Assembly (NCBI GenBank): GCA_964469925.1
Contig: CAYXZL010000003.1
Span: forward strand, 40,448-104,447
DNA from: an uncultured Candidatus Peribacteria bacterium
GTDB lineage: Bacteria; Patescibacteriota; Gracilibacteria; Absconditabacterales; Absconditicoccaceae
Direction of reading: 5' to 3'
DNA length: 64,000 nt
The notes under the pieces were generated by a model that saw only the letters and a program-made list of their open reading frames with translations, was not told the DNA's origin and did no database searches. Below, piece after piece: positions 48,910-61,264 of the stretch. Position 1 is the first letter of the stretch. Each line of letters opens with the position of its first letter. Both the position numbers and the translations under genes were made by a program.

Positions 48910-51900
48910 TCGTATTTCAAGTAGCTAAAGTATCATTTACCCTAGAAGGATCATGAGAAGATTCTCATCAACCTTGGTCGCTATCGCGGACTCATCAAGT
49001 ACCTGTTCTTGCTTGGGAAATCGCCTGAGCGACGGGTGGCATCATATGTTCAAGCATATTATTTGCACTGATAAAAATTGCAAGGTGAGACAGAGAGTCG
49101 CCAGACGTAGCAATATGTTGGTACAGAGCAATACGGTCAAGTATATAAAGATATTGACTTTCGTATTTGTCGATCTGATCCGGATAATTATGAATATCAG
49201 AGAGTAATCTTTGGAGACTGGCCATCTCAAAGGCCTGTATATCAAGAATTTGAGCTGGTGTTTTGGTGCCAAGATTGATCAGGTCGTAGGAATAGAGTTC
49301 TGCAAGTTTAGCATAGGCGTCGGCATCTATTTGCTGTCTCTTGAGCTTAAAGCCTTCGACATGATGTCTCACATCCTCTCTGACTTGGGGGTACGCGTTA
49401 AGTGCATCGTTAATATAGCTATTACGTTGGTCTTGATCATGGTTTTGTTTACCAGCAACGATGGCATCTAAGTATCAAACAAATCCATCAACCGTAAGGT
49501 CAGGCCTAAGCATCCCTATTTTGAGCATCCTTCCTCAGGCCTTGTGATATTTCCCTGGCTTCATCACTCAGCGATCATAAGCTGATACGGTAGTAGTATG
49601 ATAGAGTTCAGCGATAAGATTGATGCCGTAGTAGTCAGCTTGTGCTCATTTTTCCAAAAATCTAACAGGCCTATCTCATCACATATCAATATCATAGGTT
49701 GCTGCACCCATAGCCTCACCAGCTAGTGCCGTGCCTTGATCAACAAAAAAGATCTCGAAAGCATAGGGAACAGGTCAGACTTGATAACGTCCTGTGATCT
49801 TTAAGTGTTGATAGCCAGGTTCACGAGAAAGTTCTCAAACAATAAGTTCTAGCTCACCAGCTTGTGGGGGTGGCGTAATAGTCCTGAGAACCCTACCATT
49901 CACATCGGTAATATCAAGTGTTTGAAAATCTGTATCATGAGCTAGATCATGAAGTGCATTCGGAAAGTCGCTAGCTGGAATGCTTGGCTCAACATCTTCA
50001 GGGATAGTATTGTGTTCCGTTCACATAAACAGTGCAGAGCTACCACAGAATACAATATCTTTCACAGACGAAAGAGTGTTGGTAAGTTTTTGTACGGTTG
50101 TATGCCATGCAGTATAATAGTCTGAAGCACTATAGCGGCTGTCTGCATGTGCTGGTAGTCTGAGTGATGCTGGGTTGTTGTTTTTTTGTGCGTAGTGATA
50201 GCCAACATACTGTCACACCAACAACAGATCATTGATATGCGACTGAATAAGACGAACACGTCCAGGATTATTGTCCGTTTTAGCTTGTTCTAGGTCAGCA
50301 TAAAGCTTTTCCAATAATTTCTTTATATGTTCTACTGGAGGAAGCTCAGAATCAAAAAGTTTGAAACTAGCCGCAATAGCAAGAACCCTCTGCAAAATAG
50401 GGTTATCAAGAAGGGACTTCCTAAGATCATGCTCTCGATTAGCGATAGCCTCACGATGTTGGTTGAGAATAGGGAGAATCTCTGCAATTTTGTCCGTAAT
50501 GCGAGTATACAATTCTGATCATGCTAACAAGAGACTGTTGTTTTGTACAAGTGCAATGTTTCCATCAGCAAAGGTAGTGAGCTTGAGATGTTGTTCTTGC
50601 AAAAATGCTTGTAGTGATGTTATTTTGTCAGACAAAAACTGTGAAATATGGTCAAGCCCATCAGACGCCCTGCCGGCGATGCTTTTGAGTAATTGAGGAG
50701 TTTTAGTCACGCCTTCCATAATACCTCCATACAGGATCGTAGAGGATACGACCTGACCAAGGTTTTCTGGTGAGAAGTTGAGTTGCGTAGCTTCTCGAGC
50801 TGCCTGAAACGCATCGCTAATACGTCGTGCTTGATAGCGAAGTTTATTATCAGCACCGCCATCCAAAGGGGGTTCTGATGAAGATGGAGCGTTGAGGGCT
50901 GTTGATCACACAACAGGTTGTGCGTCGGTTCCCACAAAAGTGTTGATCCCCGTCCTCATGACATTAAATGCAGGATCGATCAGGAGGGACTCCCACACAA
51001 GCTCTTGCATGCCAAAACGTAATCATTGAGAAAAAACGTTGCTGCTACCACTCAAAACAGGTGGCATGACTTTGCTTAATCCCAGTGTTGCCCTATGAAC
51101 TATGATATCGCCAGCCAAGTCAAGTACGATTTTGTCCGCTCCATAAGCATTCCCTTGCTGATCAAAGAAGCCGGTAGCATTCATAGCAATATTCCAGACA
51201 TCGTCTGGTGACTTTCCTTCAGCTACAGCACCCAAAAATCAACCAGCAGTAGCTCACAGTCTCGATCAAATAGTAAAGGAAGCAGACGCAACCCAGGGGT
51301 TCTTAGTAACGACAAGAGTAGCAGCAAAAACCAGTGATCATCCCACCAAAGAGCCAATCTGCTGTCCTACTTCGGACCGCCTTCCCTGCTTCCATGCATC
51401 GATAGTTTTTTCGACTCCATCACTGAATTGCTCTCCAAAGCCATCTCTCACGATATCATCAGGGTTTGATCCTTTGGAAAAATCAAGCTTTGTCCCAGTG
51501 AGAGGATTAATAATCACTTGTCTTTGGCTAACACATGAGGGGGGTGGTGAAGCACTGAGGAGAAGTTTGACATAGTCCACATTCATAAAGTAGAGCAACC
51601 TTTCGTTCTGATGATAGTAGTCAGCATAAGCACTTTGTCTTGCTTGTTCATACATTCCTGCTCTGAAAGCCCTTTCCCCAGGCTCTCCTGCGGGACCAAA
51701 GCTCATCTCGGCCTGTTTAACTCTGTCAGGGTAGGCAGCATCACCTTTTGCCTTAAACTCAGCTATTTTTTTATCTCGCTGACTAATGGTGTCAAAGAAC
51801 GAGCTAATGCTTCTGAGGTCAACGTTGTGAAGCTGGAGTTGTTGTAAGGCCTCCATGCGTTGCTGGATATCGCCGTTTTGACTAAGAAATTGCTGTCCAA

Positions 51901-52984
51901 TACGAGTCTCTCTCATGAGAGATAAAAGAGTTTTCCCATCAGATGTCTGCGTAAGTTGAGTTTCATCAAACCAAAACGCCTCGCTGCCCTTGATGGCTTT
52001 TTTGTAAGGACCAAGACGAGTCAGAATGTAGGTCTGCAGCAATGGTCAACAAAATGATGTCGATTCATATTTTTTAGCAATAGTGAGGAGGGAAGAATGA
52101 GGAGCCCGTTTTTCAACAGCAGCAGCGAATTGCTGATCATTGAGACGCATAGTACCCAAATAGAGTTCCAAACTATCACGTGCTATACTGTCAATTGGGA
52201 AACGGGAACGTCCTTGAGAAATAGAAATATATTTGTTTTTGAGGTCTTGGAAATATTGACCGATCTTTTTCATCCTCTCCATATGCAATACGCAATCCTG
52301 GAGGGTATGGTGCGTCATACCTTCTCACTTGTAGTTTTTGTAATCAGGGAAGACGTAAAGATAATGAACAAAGAACACCTGTAAGTTGCGTACAACATAA
52401 GGTAGATAGTCCTGTTTGACAGTAGCACGTGGCAAAAGTCTCGCTATGTCGTCAACACGAAGAGTCGTCCGAGATTCTTTCGTGGGGAATTGTTTGAGAA
52501 TAACGCTCCAATTTGGTACAGTGTCCAAAGATATTCCCATGATTTCAAGGTTTTTCTCGGGAGGAACGGTAGTGGCGACCAATAACTCATCACGATAGTG
52601 CTTGTTAGAGTTTTGTAGTTCGAAGGAGTTAAGGTGTTGGCGAAAGGCGGAGAATTGTTCATACAGGTGGAGTTCATGATCCAGGAGAGGTAAGCCACCA
52701 TCTCAGCGACTAACAATAGACAAAAATTGTTCAGCAAAAGCACGAGATGTTTCATCGAGGCTATCGCAGGTGGCGGGGTTGGAATAGCTATCAAGTAGCT
52801 GTGACAGAGCTTCAAAAAAAGAATGAGCAACATCTCCTGCTTGCTCAATTTCTCATGGGAGTACCGCCAACTCGTGCGGTTCATCCAAGAGTCCCTTTTG
52901 TAGTCACTGCAAAAGCTCATTGTATGAGACAATGTTTTGATCTTCTTGTTGATTCAGTTGTCTAATCTGATCAATAGTGTTCAT
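48902..52984 (-). CDS. giant hypothetical protein, about 1360 aa
   Basis: Seven listed fragments (52325, 52046, 51338, 51023, 50519, 50213, 48995) share one frame, and I read the gaps without TAA/TAG. Central Gly/Ala-rich hydrophobic segment. Start at MNTIDQIRQ (52984). TAG at 48902-48904. Confidence 0.7.
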
Positions 52985-53264
52985 CGAGTCAATCGAGTAA
53001 ACGATTTGCATCATCTTCATCATGAATACGCTCCTGTTCCTCTTGTACGTGGATCTGCTTGATCGTATCGAGTTGCTGCTGCAATGCGTGTTGCATTTTT
53101 TTATTAGCAAGACGGCCAACAGCTGCATTGATCGGCTTCAATACAATATCGAGCATACTGTCAGGGAGATCGTAGTTTTCTACCACGATCAAAAGTGCAT
53201 CTGCACTGTCCCAATACGGTTGCAGCTTAGTCAAAACACGTATAAGTAAGTCCTTTTTGTTCAT
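52962..53264 (-). CDS. hypothetical protein, 100 aa, 3-prime end overlapping the giant ORF start by 23 nt
   Basis: ORF 52989..53264 extends 8 codons past TGA to TAG at 52962-52964. Helical, acidic C-terminus. Confidence 0.5.
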
Positions 53265-53470
53265 GGCTCACATCCAAATGAAGCCACGATAATCATACTG
53301 ACATCTAGCACAAAAAATGAGATACGAGGCTTCCTCAAAGGATCATGTATTGACAGAGGGAGGTTTTGACATGAGCATATGAATGGTGTAGAAAACATGT
53401 CGTTTTTTTGCAATCAAAAAGAGCGGGGACTATAATAGTACTACTTATAGATTTACCTGCTACAGAGCCG

Positions 53471-56400
53471 ATGCGTCGACACAGCCTAGTCAGCTCAGTA
53501 ATAGCCAGCCTATTGCTGGTCAACATTGCGTTTGCACAAAGTTGTGTCATCATGATTGACAGCAACATAAATGAAGATAAGTCGTGATGATATGATGGTT
53601 GCCTAACTGGTTGTATACTGACAGATGCGAACAAGGTAACCGATAACGAACAGAATACCACAGCGATTATGTCGGTACCCGCTGTTGATGGAAAAGGATG
53701 ACAAAGGTTGACAATCAGCTTCCCAACGACGTTCACACCAGGTACGACAATGTGATTTGGTCTGGTAGATGATGCGAAAGCATTGAATTCGTATCTTCCC
53801 TACCTTACGCTGAGAACCTATTACAATGGTGTGAGTAAGGATGTCATAGCTTGATCATCAATATTAGTATCGACCTTGTCTTGACTGCAAAAAACACTTT
53901 CTTTCGTAACTACCACAGAGTTAGACACCATGCAGATAGATGTCGATGCTCCATCTTCATGATCAGCTTTAACACTAAAATTTGACTTCCCCTTTTACTC
54001 CACAGGTAGCTTTACAGGAGACCTAGACGCAGACACAATTCCCGATGTTTGTGATGGTGACCGAGACGGTGATGGGATCGCAAATGGGGCTGATAATTGT
54101 CCCTTGAGCGGAAACGCTCAACAAGAGGATCTTGACGGAGATAGTATAGGAGACATATGTGATGATGACAAAGATGGTGACTCTATTGTTAATAGCGTAG
54201 ATAATTGTGTCAACACAGGTAACAACGATCAGGCTGACCGTGACAATGACAAGGTAGGGGATGTATGTGATAGTGATATCGATGGAGATACAGTCAGTAA
54301 TGATAAAGACAACTGCCCACTCCTAGCAAACAATAATCAAATCGACACAGACAAAGATAGCATCGGAGACGACTGTGATGAGGACAAAGACGGCGATGAA
54401 ATAATAAACGTGGCAGATAATTGTTCCATGAAATCAAATCCACGTCAGGAAGACTTAGATGGTGATGGCATCGGAGACGACTGTGACGATGATCGAGACG
54501 GTGATAATGTAGCTAATAATTGAGACAAGTGCCCACGAAATAATGACCCACAACAGCTTGATACAGATCAAGATGGCTTTGGAGATGCTTGTGATGACGA
54601 TCTTGATGGTGACACGATAAAAAACATAGAGGATAATTGTCCCTGAGCGGTAAATCGAGAACAAGAAGATATGGACTCAGACTGATCGGGAGATGTGTGT
54701 GATGACGATCTCGATGGTGATTCCGTTGCGAACAGCGTCGATAACTGTGATCGTGTGGCCAACCCACAGCAGGTGGATACGGATGCAGACTGATTATGAA
54801 ATGCATGCGATCCAGACAAGGATTGAGACACGATAATGAATGAGAGCGACAACTGCCCCCTCGTGATAAATTCAGATCAAAAAGACAGCGATGCAGATGG
54901 CATCGGCGATCCCTGCGATATTGATCAAGATGCAGATGGGGTTAAGGATAGCGATGACAATTGTATGCTTATCTCAAATCCAGATCAGAAAGATACTGAT
55001 CAGGACGGCTTTGGCGATGTATGTGATGATGATATTGACGGAGACCAAAGAGAAAACGCAGATGACAATTGCCCAACGATCTCCAACCCCGATCAATATG
55101 ACACAGATCAAGATACAATAGGTGACCCCTGTGACAATGACGTAGATGGAGATGGGATAAATAACGCAGACGACAATTGTCCGACCACAGCCAATGAACT
55201 TCAAAACGACAGTGATGGTGATGAGGATGGAGACATGTGTGATGATGATCGTGACGGTGATGGAATTGCTAACATAAATGACAATTGTCCCTATTTTGCG
55301 AATCCTTGACAACAAGATCAAAATCAAAACCTCATAGGAGATGTGTGTGAAGATGATGATGATGGTGATGGAGTTGGTAATGAAAGCGACAACTGTCCTA
55401 AGCTCAGCAATGCAGACCAGCAAGATAGAGATACCGATGGTGTTGGAGATGTCTGTGATACGGATAAGGACAACGACGGAGTGTTAGATGCCATAGACAA
55501 CTGTCCTGTACTTTCCAATCCGGGACAGGTTGATGGAGATGGCAACGGAATAGGTGACAAGTGTGAAACAGACTATGATGGAGATCTAGTATACAATGCA
55601 GAAGATAACTGTCCTAGCAAATATAATCCAAATCAATGAGATCAGGATGGTGATGGAATTGGTGATGAATGCGACAACGATAAGGATGGTGACAAAAGAC
55701 TCAATGCACAGGATAATTGTGTGTGAGTAAGCAATCGACGACAGCACGATATAGATCAAGATGGAATTGGTGATGAGTGCGACGTGGATATGGACAATGA
55801 CGGCATAGTGAACGAGCTAGACAATTGTCAGCGAGTAATAAATAGTGACCAAAAAGACGAAGATGGAGATGGAACCGGAGATGTCTGTCAAGACGATGCT
55901 GACAAGGATTTGATAAACAACGAGCTAGACAATTGTATATTTATTTATAACCCAGATCAAAAAGACAGCGACGCTGATGGCATCGGAGATACATGTGACG
56001 ATGATCTTGATCAAGATGGTTTCCTCAATCAACAGGACAACTGCCCAGTGGCAAACAATCCTACACAAACAGATAATGACAGTGATGGTATAGGAGATAT
56101 CTGTCAGGATGATTATGACGGAGATGGAGTCTGAGATGATCAAGACAACTGTTTAGAGATAGCCAATCCACAGCAGTGAGATAAGGACCTGGATGCTATA
56201 GGAGATTTGTGCGATCCAGACAAAGATGGTGACAAAATAAAAAATAACGCAGACAACTGTCCTAGCATAGCAAACTTTGATCAGAAAGATATCGATGGTG
56301 ATGGAGTCGGCGATAAGTGTGACGCAGATAAGGATAACGATGGTATAGATAATCAGAACGATAATTGTCCCATGATAGCAAACAGCGACCAGAGCGATGA

Positions 56401-57340
56401 AAATGTTGACGGTCAGGGGGATATCTGTCAAGACGATCAGGACGGCGATGGCATAAAAGATGCCAATGATAATTGCCCAACAATTCAAAATATGCTACAA
56501 ACAGACGCAGATCAAGACGGTTTCGGTGATGACTGCGATATCGATAAAGACAACGATGGAATAGATAATCAAAACGACAACTGTCCATGGGTAGTAAACC
56601 CAGACCAAATCGACGAAAACATCAATAAAATCTGAGATGCTTGTGAGGGAGACGACGATTGAGACGGGATAGAAAATGACGTGGATAATTGTCCAATGGC
56701 CTATAATACGGGACAGGTCGATCAAGATTTTGATGAAATAGGAGATATCTGTGACGGTGATAGTGATGGAGACTGACTGGAAAATGGCTTTGATAACTGC
56801 CCTAGTATAGCAAACACAGACCAAATTGATATTGATGAGGATGGTGTAGGAGACGTTTGTGATGATACGATCTATGGTACGGGAGTAGTCAGACTATTGG
56901 ATTATGACATTATATTCGGTACGATAAAAACGAGCAAAACAGCTCAAATTATGAGTGGTCATGTAGCTGGTGATGGACTGATAAAGGTGCAAGATACAGC
57001 AGGAACCAAGCCTCGGTATGTGACGATCGAATTTACCGATATTGTCAATAAAACATACGGTAACAAGATAGATGCCGATAATTGTTTTTATAGAGTGAAT
57101 CCAGATGCTGAAGTGGTGGCGGTAGAAGACTTCTATCCATTACAAGTCTCCAATCATGGTGGAGAGATTGCTCTAGGAGAGCCAGTACAGCTGTTCCATA
57201 GAGATGTGTTGAACGGGCAAAAAGGAACAATGGGTATAGGAACAGCCAGCGGAGCAATCGATATCCGATGCAATATACCACCATTTTTGAAACCATGAGA
57301 GTACGAGTGAGACATTGTTCTCACCCTCATAAGAGACTAA
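53471..57340 (+). CDS. secreted thrombospondin type-3 (calcium-binding) repeat protein, 1289 aa
   Basis: Signal peptide [23 protein letters not shown] and a 180-aa N-domain. About 26 units of DxDxDGxxDxxDNCPxxxNxxQxDxDxDGxGDxCD follow, then a 150-aa non-repeat C-domain. Six listed fragments are in the same frame. Confidence 0.85.
54020..56870 (+). repeat. in-frame tandem array of about 26 degenerate ~108-nt TSP3 repeat units (approximate bounds)
   Basis: The GAYAAYTGYCC (DNCP) core recurs with a regular period. The repeats generate the many spurious antisense ORFs listed at 54455..56824. Confidence 0.8.
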
Positions 57341-57394
57341 CAGAAATAACGGAAGAGTAAGAGAGTAAGAGGGAAATATTATCAAAGAAAAATA

Positions 57395-59185
57395 TTATCA
57401 AGAAATATAGAGTATATCATCCCAAGGAGTCCTAAACAAACCTTCGTCCAATCTTTGTTGGTCCAAATAATGTCCGATAAAGCCGATAGATCTTGCAAGT
57501 ACAAAAAACGCATTAGCAATACCAGCATTGAGATAGTGCTGAATATCAGTAGCATCCATGCCAATGCCTATCATCAAATCAAGGAGTAAGGCGGCAATAT
57601 GACCATCAACATTTAAAATCAGATTTGGTTTTTTTTCCAAAGTGAGCTTCTCGACTGCCTTAGCAAAATCAATATGTGTACTTGTGGGGAAATGTGCTGC
57701 AATCTCCAATAAAAGGCTGCATCTCGTGTCGGGATTATATTTTGACTTCACTCTATGACCAATTCACTGGATCAGCTCGCCTCTACCTTTGTGGTCATCA
57801 ACATACTGCTCGGGGCTCCGTCAGTTATGTACTGCGGAGAAAAACCCTGTAGCTGCACCATCAATGGCTCCACCAAAGCGTGGTCAAATGGTGGCTAGTC
57901 CTGCAATAAGACTAGAAATTAGGTCTTTCCCAGCTCTTGCGGTAACAATAGTGTTGATGGCACCAGACACAGCGGGACCATGGTCGGCAAGGAGAATCAA
58001 GACTGTAGTAATGAAACGCAGAGCCCAATCAGGAAGCTCTTTCTTGAGCCAGAGATGACCGATAACACGAGCAATAGATTGTGATGTCACAAAATCATCA
58101 ACAGCGATACCATCGTACAGAAGTGTCTCGCCTCTTTCATCGCTAATGCTTGAACTAAAGCGACTTGGTCTCCTGCGATTGATAACAGATAGTCTTTCCA
58201 ATACAGTAGTCTCGGAGATGAGAGGCTCTGCTATGTGGCAGTGTTGTTGAAAAACAGATGAAATGAGACTACCAAACTCTCTATAGCTGTTCGGTACATG
58301 GATGCCAGCCTGTTGAAGATAGTCTATTTTGTAGGATGATTTTTCTTCATCGGTATTGGCCTTGGCTCATGCATGACCAAACTGTACGTCTTGTGTCGTC
58401 TGCTCGGCAAATGAACCGCTGACCCAAGCTACAACAGGCTTGGTAATCGATCATGCTTTGACTAAATCTGCAACGGCGAGTTCATCTTTGTTGCCAACTT
58501 CACCGAGCATGACAATCATCTGGATATCGGGATTGTCCTGATATGCCAATACGATATCTGCAAATTGAGAAAAAGGATATCTATCTCAACCTAATGCAAT
58601 AGCGGTGTGTACTCAGTCAGTATTCTGTGCAATTACCCTACACAACTCATTCATCATCCCTCATGACTTAGAGACAAGCCCCACAGATCATGGTCTGTAG
58701 AGCTTCGACTTAATAATATTGTCAAGTGATCATCCAGTATATCACAATCTCAGCACCCCCGCACCCAGTCAGCCAACAGTCGATGGACCAATCAGGAGGA
58801 TATCTCTTCCTTCGTCACGTTTGATCTGTTGTTTGAGTGCTATAAGCTCTCTACTTTCCCTTTCGGGTATCCCTTCTGCAACGACTACAATAGTGGTGAT
58901 CCAGTCATATGTCATCGCTTCACGCGTACTCGTTGTGGCAGAGCGATGAGAAGAAAAATTAAGTAGACAATGTGCTCCCGTCGGTTGTGCATGAGCAAAA
59001 TCAGGAAAAACTGGACAGAGAAATTCAGAAGCACCATAGCTAAGTTTGATATTACCCTTGTTTCCAGGGCTGATAAATCAAACAATACTAGGAGTCCTCC
59101 CACATAGATAGTCAAAATCCAACATTCTTTGGGCAACCACCTGCTGCTTGCCATAAATGAGGCAATACGTATCTGCGGAAAACAT
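57395..59185 (-). CDS. aclA: ATP-citrate lyase alpha subunit (CoA-ligase plus citrate-synthase-like domains), 596 aa
   Basis: Collinear with the remembered human ACLY C-terminal half. Shared strings: MLDFDY, IIAEGIPE-like VVAEGIPE, GPSTVGG, NTGG-like YTGGSLDNI, KLYRPGSV, SKSGGM, GGDRYP, catalytic-His loop QFGHAGA, ADHGPAVSGA, GPRFGGA, GIGHRVKS, KKPNLILNVDG and FIGHYLDQQRL. Confidence 0.9.
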
Positions 59186-59219
59186 CAATCAGACCAACAA
59201 TCAATAAAACACTAGCTCT

Positions 59220-59801
59220 TTACTGCTTGGCAAATTCTATCCCCTTCATACGTCCAATAGTATAGACTCCAGATTCTCACCTGTGTATTTCAAGGTATGC
59301 ACAATCTGCTAAAGAAGCAATTTCGCCATGCCACAAGAGCTCCCTGGCAATACAACGTATGGGTCACCCGTGAGTAACAATCAGAGCACGATCATCTTTT
59401 TGCACATCATCAAAAGCATCGCAGACCCTAAAATTGAATGCACTGTAGTTTTCTGCACCCATAACAAGACCATCGTAACGAGAGACCTTCTCAACCAGAT
59501 CGGGGTACCGTTTTTGTGCATCGAGCTTGATCATACCGCTGAGAATACCATAGTGGTTTTTTTCACGAAAATCATCGTAAATCATGACATCGACTCCCAA
59601 GCGTTGACCAATAATCTCTGCAGTCTGCTGAGCCCTGATCAAGGGGCTGGTATAGATGACAGAAATGGCGTAATCACGAAAATCATCAGCTAGAGACACT
59701 GCTTGTTCAAATCATAGTTCAGTCAGTTCATCATTGTATAGTCATCCATAGCGATTCTCGACGTCGCTAGTACTTTGACCATGCCTTACCAATCGTACCA
59801 T
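59220..59801 (-). CDS. histidine phosphatase superfamily branch 1 (PGAM/cofactor-dependent phosphoglycerate-mutase-like), 193 aa
   Basis: N-terminal LVRHGQS (RHG catalytic motif), SPLIRAQQTA and a late THGG. ORF 59364..59699 extended both ways across TGA. Confidence 0.8.
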
Positions 59802-59887
59802 AGATAGATTATGCTGATAAATATTGGGAATGTAGCTCTTCTCAACGCAAATACAACCAAAAGAAACCATAGGGACAAGGCTAGGCA

Positions 59888-61126
59888 CTAACGAATGTTT
59901 CTCAAGATATCGGTCATATAGATATCTCCATCAGCGGTAGTGACGGAAATGCCATGTTCTTTGCATACACGATCGACCATTGCCAGTCCTTTCGTATCGT
60001 TGAGTCATCATCTCCTGACCAAAAGTCTGATATCTTGCTGTTTGATTACTGCTGCACAATCGGTAATCGCATCACACACACCAATAAACAGGCTATCAAT
60101 ATAGGTGAAGTTTGCTATCCCACCAGCGATTAAGAGGTATTTGTTTTGTGCTTTGCTTGCAAGCATTTGTTTGATAACAAGACGAGAGTACTCCCTGTTA
60201 GAGTCGGTGTCGGGGTTGCCAGAAAGTTCTCCATAGTTTGCAATATCATCTGATAAGCCCATTTCTCAGAGGCTATCAATCAAAATGACTGATGCACCTC
60301 AACCGCCCAAGATCATCCAAATACGACCATCGGGATTGAGGATATGGAGCTTGAGACTTGCAGCACTTTTCTCATCCATGTCCTGTACAATAGCTTCTAC
60401 AGGATCAATATTGGTACCAAAAGGCTTGATTCGGTGTATGTAACCCCAAGCCCCTCACATCCTGATCTGAGCACAATCGTCGACCTTTGCAACCATATCA
60501 AGTAAGATACTCTTACCATCAACAATAGTGAAGGGATTACATTCCACGTACACAAAGCCATTGCTCCTAAAAAAACGAAACAGACGAGCAATAAGTTCTA
60601 CAATAATGCCACGGTCACCATCCTGATCAATGTCTCATTGTCACAAGAGTTGTTGAAGTTGCTCATCGGTGATCGTGTCCAAAACACCAATACGAAGGGA
60701 GCTGACCGATTCTCGATTCTCCTCAACATCAACCCCTCAGCGAGGAGAAAAGTTGATGATATCGGCATCTCTCTGTGTCTCAAAAGAAAGATAATACTCC
60801 TGCGTATGTGCTACATAAGGCTCAATCAAAAAGGTCGTCAAAATTCATGATATGCCATTGACGCTAGTAGCCTTCCCCATTCTGTCGGCAATCCAATGGT
60901 GCACTCACTCTGCATCGAGTTTGAGTCCTATCAATCCGTGTTTGCCTCTCTTGCCAAAAAGCTGATCAGGCTTGACGACAAACAGATCATAGTCAGACTC
61001 TTGTAGCTGCCTAATAAGAGAGCCAAGCTCCTGCGGATTGCTGACAATCCAGCCACTATAGGGCTGACCACTGTGCTGTGACCAGAGGATTTTCGCATCA
61101 TACTCACGAATGCCACGTTGTGCCAT
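59888..61126 (-). CDS. aclB: ATP-citrate lyase beta subunit (ATP-grasp/citrate-binding), 412 aa
   Basis: IREYDAK, VVKPDQLFGKRGKHGLIG, FLIEPYV, SAASLKLHILNPDGRIWMILGGGGASV, ANYGELSGNP, GGIANFT and VRRGG are collinear with the ACLY N-terminal half. I read the gap 60262-60905 without stops. Confidence 0.85.
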
Positions 61127-61264
61127 ATACAAAAAATAATACTAAAGAGTTGCAAAAAGAACCCAACTGTGAGTAGTCAACACTATCAGAAATACCACGT
61201 CAATCACAAAGGGACTGGTTGACAGGTGAGAGGAAAGATGTATACAATTGAATGAGAGGCGATA

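Noticed and set aside
54455-56824. Cluster of long minus-strand ORFs (for example 54455..54664, 54974..55423, 56153..56488, 56495..56824) with odd I/V/T/C-rich or H/R/L-rich sequences
   Set aside because: They are antisense to the TSP3 repeat array. The GAY-rich sense codons give stop-poor antisense frames, and these ORFs have no independent support.
53471-57340. Regularly spaced repeats examined as a possible CRISPR array or DGR variable/template repeat
   Set aside because: The repeats are in frame, degenerate and code for TSP3 calcium-binding units. There are no unique spacers, and no cas gene or reverse transcriptase (YxDD) is recognisable anywhere in the window.
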